A DNA stretch of 64,000 nucleotides, taken from positions 4,092,001 to 4,156,000 of the forward strand of contig JAYWIR010000003.1 in the NCBI GenBank assembly GCA_036172245.1, read 5' to 3'. Shown piece after piece: positions 61,752 to 64,000 of this stretch. Within the stretch, counting starts at the first letter, position 1; every line of letters starts with the position of its first letter. The position numbers and the translations under genes were made by a program. The stretch comes from Raillietiella orientalis. Taxonomy: Eukaryota. The notes beneath the pieces were generated by a model that searched no databases, was not told the DNA's origin, and worked only from the letters and a program-made list of their open reading frames with translations.

Positions 61752-64000
61752 CTAAGAATCCGTACCCACCAGCGCGTGCAAGCGGCGCTCAACAAGCGGC
61801 GCTAGTCGTGAAAGACTCTGGGAAGGAACGGGATATGTGCTCGCAGGGAGGGACGGAAATCACTATGTCCTTCAAAGTGTAGGTGACGCGGGCGCCACTA
61901 CGTCTCCCGGAACGCCAGCGCCGTACGAGGAACCTCATGCGATGCACAGCCTGGGCGACCTTCACTGCGCACCGGAAACGACGCAGGGCTCCGGACGGGC
62001 AGCGGTTCAGCAGTGCCGCGTCCAAGACGCCCAGATGGGCTAGATTTCTCAATGTGAGCTGCTCGGTCTCCCGGAAGCCTCCCAGAACGATGAGGAAGAA
62101 TTTCCTCTGCCAGATGAGGGCTTTGCGGAAGCTTTCAGCGCGCAGGTACTTCCACTGCAGATGGCGGCATATCTGGGGAGGGGGAAGGGTGGAGCACGTT
62201 AAGAAGCAGAAAGGAAACGACTATCGTGGTTACCCGCTCTTCCTGGGACTTGGGACAGCCCTCCTTTGTGATCACCTGCGTCTTCTTCTCCCTTACTGGA
62301 CTGTTTGCCTCTGGAGGTTTGGTCCTCTGACAAAATCGGACGACTTCCATAGCCTGCTTAAGATGCGCCTGCTGCTGCTTCCCAGCGGCGACCTCCTCTG
62401 CCAACTCCGCCTTTAGCTGGTGCACCTCCTTTTTCAGCTCCTGGACTGACTTATTCTCTTCGAACAGCTGATTCGGGGCAAATTTGGAGCCGGAGTCCTT
62501 CCCTTCGCTACACACCTTTTTGCACAGAACTCCCCGTGTCTCTTCCAGGGCACGTTCACTGTGCTCCCGCAGCTCTTGCAGCATGCATACATGCTGGTCC
62601 ATGTACTGAGACATCTGCTTGCGTTCCTCCAGCACAGCATTTTCTAGTTGCTCCGCCCTGGAGTTTGCAGCATTCAGCGCCGTTTGCAGCTCGACTAGGA
62701 GGCTCCCGTTTATCTCGAGGGCTTCCTACAAAGAGTTGGGGTCAGCGCACACACCCCCTTTTGAGGAGTATCAGAGGCGCTGCGACCTACCTTCGCAACC
62801 TGATGCCGGTCCAGACACTTCTTCTCTTCATGCACCAAGACCAGTTCGTCCTTGAGCTCGCTGATCTGCATCTGCAAGACGAGAGATACGGTCGGACATT
62901 CCTGAGCGGCAGCCTCGATCACCTACCGAGAGCTCCTCTCCTTGCTTCCTCAGCGCTTCCCGAAGACTGTCACTACGTTCCTTCTCCTCATCTAGCTGCA
63001 ACCTGAAAAGGGAATTTCAAGGCCAAAGCTGAGAAGAAGACGGATGTCTGACCTGAGGATGCGTCCCTTCCCAATCTCCTCGTCCAGGCTCCGCTGGAGC
63101 TGACATAGAGACGCTTCCTTGAATGCGCATTCGGCTTTCAGGACTTTGGCTGTCACGTTGCCTTCATTGAGCGCAGCCAGCAGCTGCCGGTTGTGCGACT
63201 GCTCCCGGTCCAGGGCGTCCAGGGTATCCCGGAACACCATCCGTTCCTGCTGCACCAGGCACTCGAGCGCACTCACGCGGCTACGCATCTCCCGGGCATC
63301 GATTTGCTCCTTCAATTTCGTGATCTCTCCGGTAGCCAGAGGCAGCTGGCGTTCCAGGAACACCATCTCCGAGAGGGTGAGCACGCGAATTCCGTCCTGG
63401 TGAGTCTTGCGCAAAAGATCTTTGAGATGGGAAGGTAGGTAGTCTCCCCCGTCATCGGCGGCCTCAGAGAGTTGCTGCAGCTCGTCCATCCTGCTAAGCA
63501 GGCTGGTCTCCACCTCCGACTATAGGGGAAGAAAAAGAGGATGGAGAGGGAAAACGAGAAAAACAAGTGTTTCTCGTGTTTCTCCCACCCTCCAAAGCCT
63601 ATACCCCCTTCCTCCACCCCTTGTATTCTTCCACCTCCCTCCCTTCTCTCGGAAGAGGTGGCCGAGAAGCAGGACGTCGAAAAAGGAAGAGTACCTTTTG
63701 TGCTTCCAGCTCCTGTCTCATTTCCTGCAGTTCTGCTTTGTGGCTGGAGACCTGCTGCAGCAGCTCCTGCACGGTAGCTTCCTGAAGAGAGACACTGCTG
63801 ACAACCGTCAAAAAGGACAAGGGAGGTATAGGAAGGTGGGGGAGGGGGGGAGAACGCCGTATGTGGGTATTGCAAGGTGCAGATGATTCAGTAGCCCGAG
63901 AAGCAGGATAGGGAGATTGGGGACGAGCTGCACAGTGAGAGGGGAAGATGCGAGCAAGAAGTGTTCAAAATAATCCCTCACGAAACAGCAAGCTTTTTCT
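61752..64000 (-). CDS. Pericentrin/AKAP9/PLP-family centrosomal protein, 3' portion (PACT domain); 5' end outside window
   Basis: The PACT signature KYLRAESFRKALIWQRKFFLIVLGGFRETE...RRFRCAVKVAQAVHRMRFLVRRW (62160-61910) is preceded by coiled-coil exons including LLRKTHQDGIRVLTLSE. The probable last exon is SLSRLAPLVERRLHALVGTDS* (stop at 61752; the unspliced alternative stops at 61789). Confidence 0.92.

Noticed and set aside
1..64000. CRISPR arrays, rRNA genes or prokaryotic operons
   Set aside because: No regularly spaced repeat-spacer array or rRNA-like sequence was seen. The genes carry spliceosomal introns, so the DNA is eukaryotic.

Overview
Eukaryotic genomic DNA from an invertebrate animal, probably ecdysozoan or arthropod-like. 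Genes are intron-dense with very short introns, mostly 35-75 nt, so the ORF track shows only exon fragments. Manually spliced genes: DHPS (3819-6369,+), zeta-crystallin/quinone oxidoreductase CRYZ (6465-8167,+), MUTYH (25636-27393,+), an EPLIN/LIMD2-type LIM protein (~34849-37960,-), a single-TM coiled-coil protein (~52249-53711,-), NAGLU (58284-61282,+) and the 3' part of a pericentrin/AKAP9 PACT-domain gene (61752->64000,-). Between them lie relics of two classes of non-LTR retrotransposon, a MULE-like MITE, a three-copy dispersed repeat (two copies carry a dimeric tRNA-like head), a probable orphan multi-exon gene and several isolated hairpins. The most notable observation is the operon-like DHPS-CRYZ junction: a 95-nt gap containing AATAAA, a U-rich tract and an unpaired 3' splice acceptor 5 nt before the CRYZ ATG. 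This suggests polycistronic transcription with trans-splicing, or a shared first exon. All calls were made by eye; no database searches were run.
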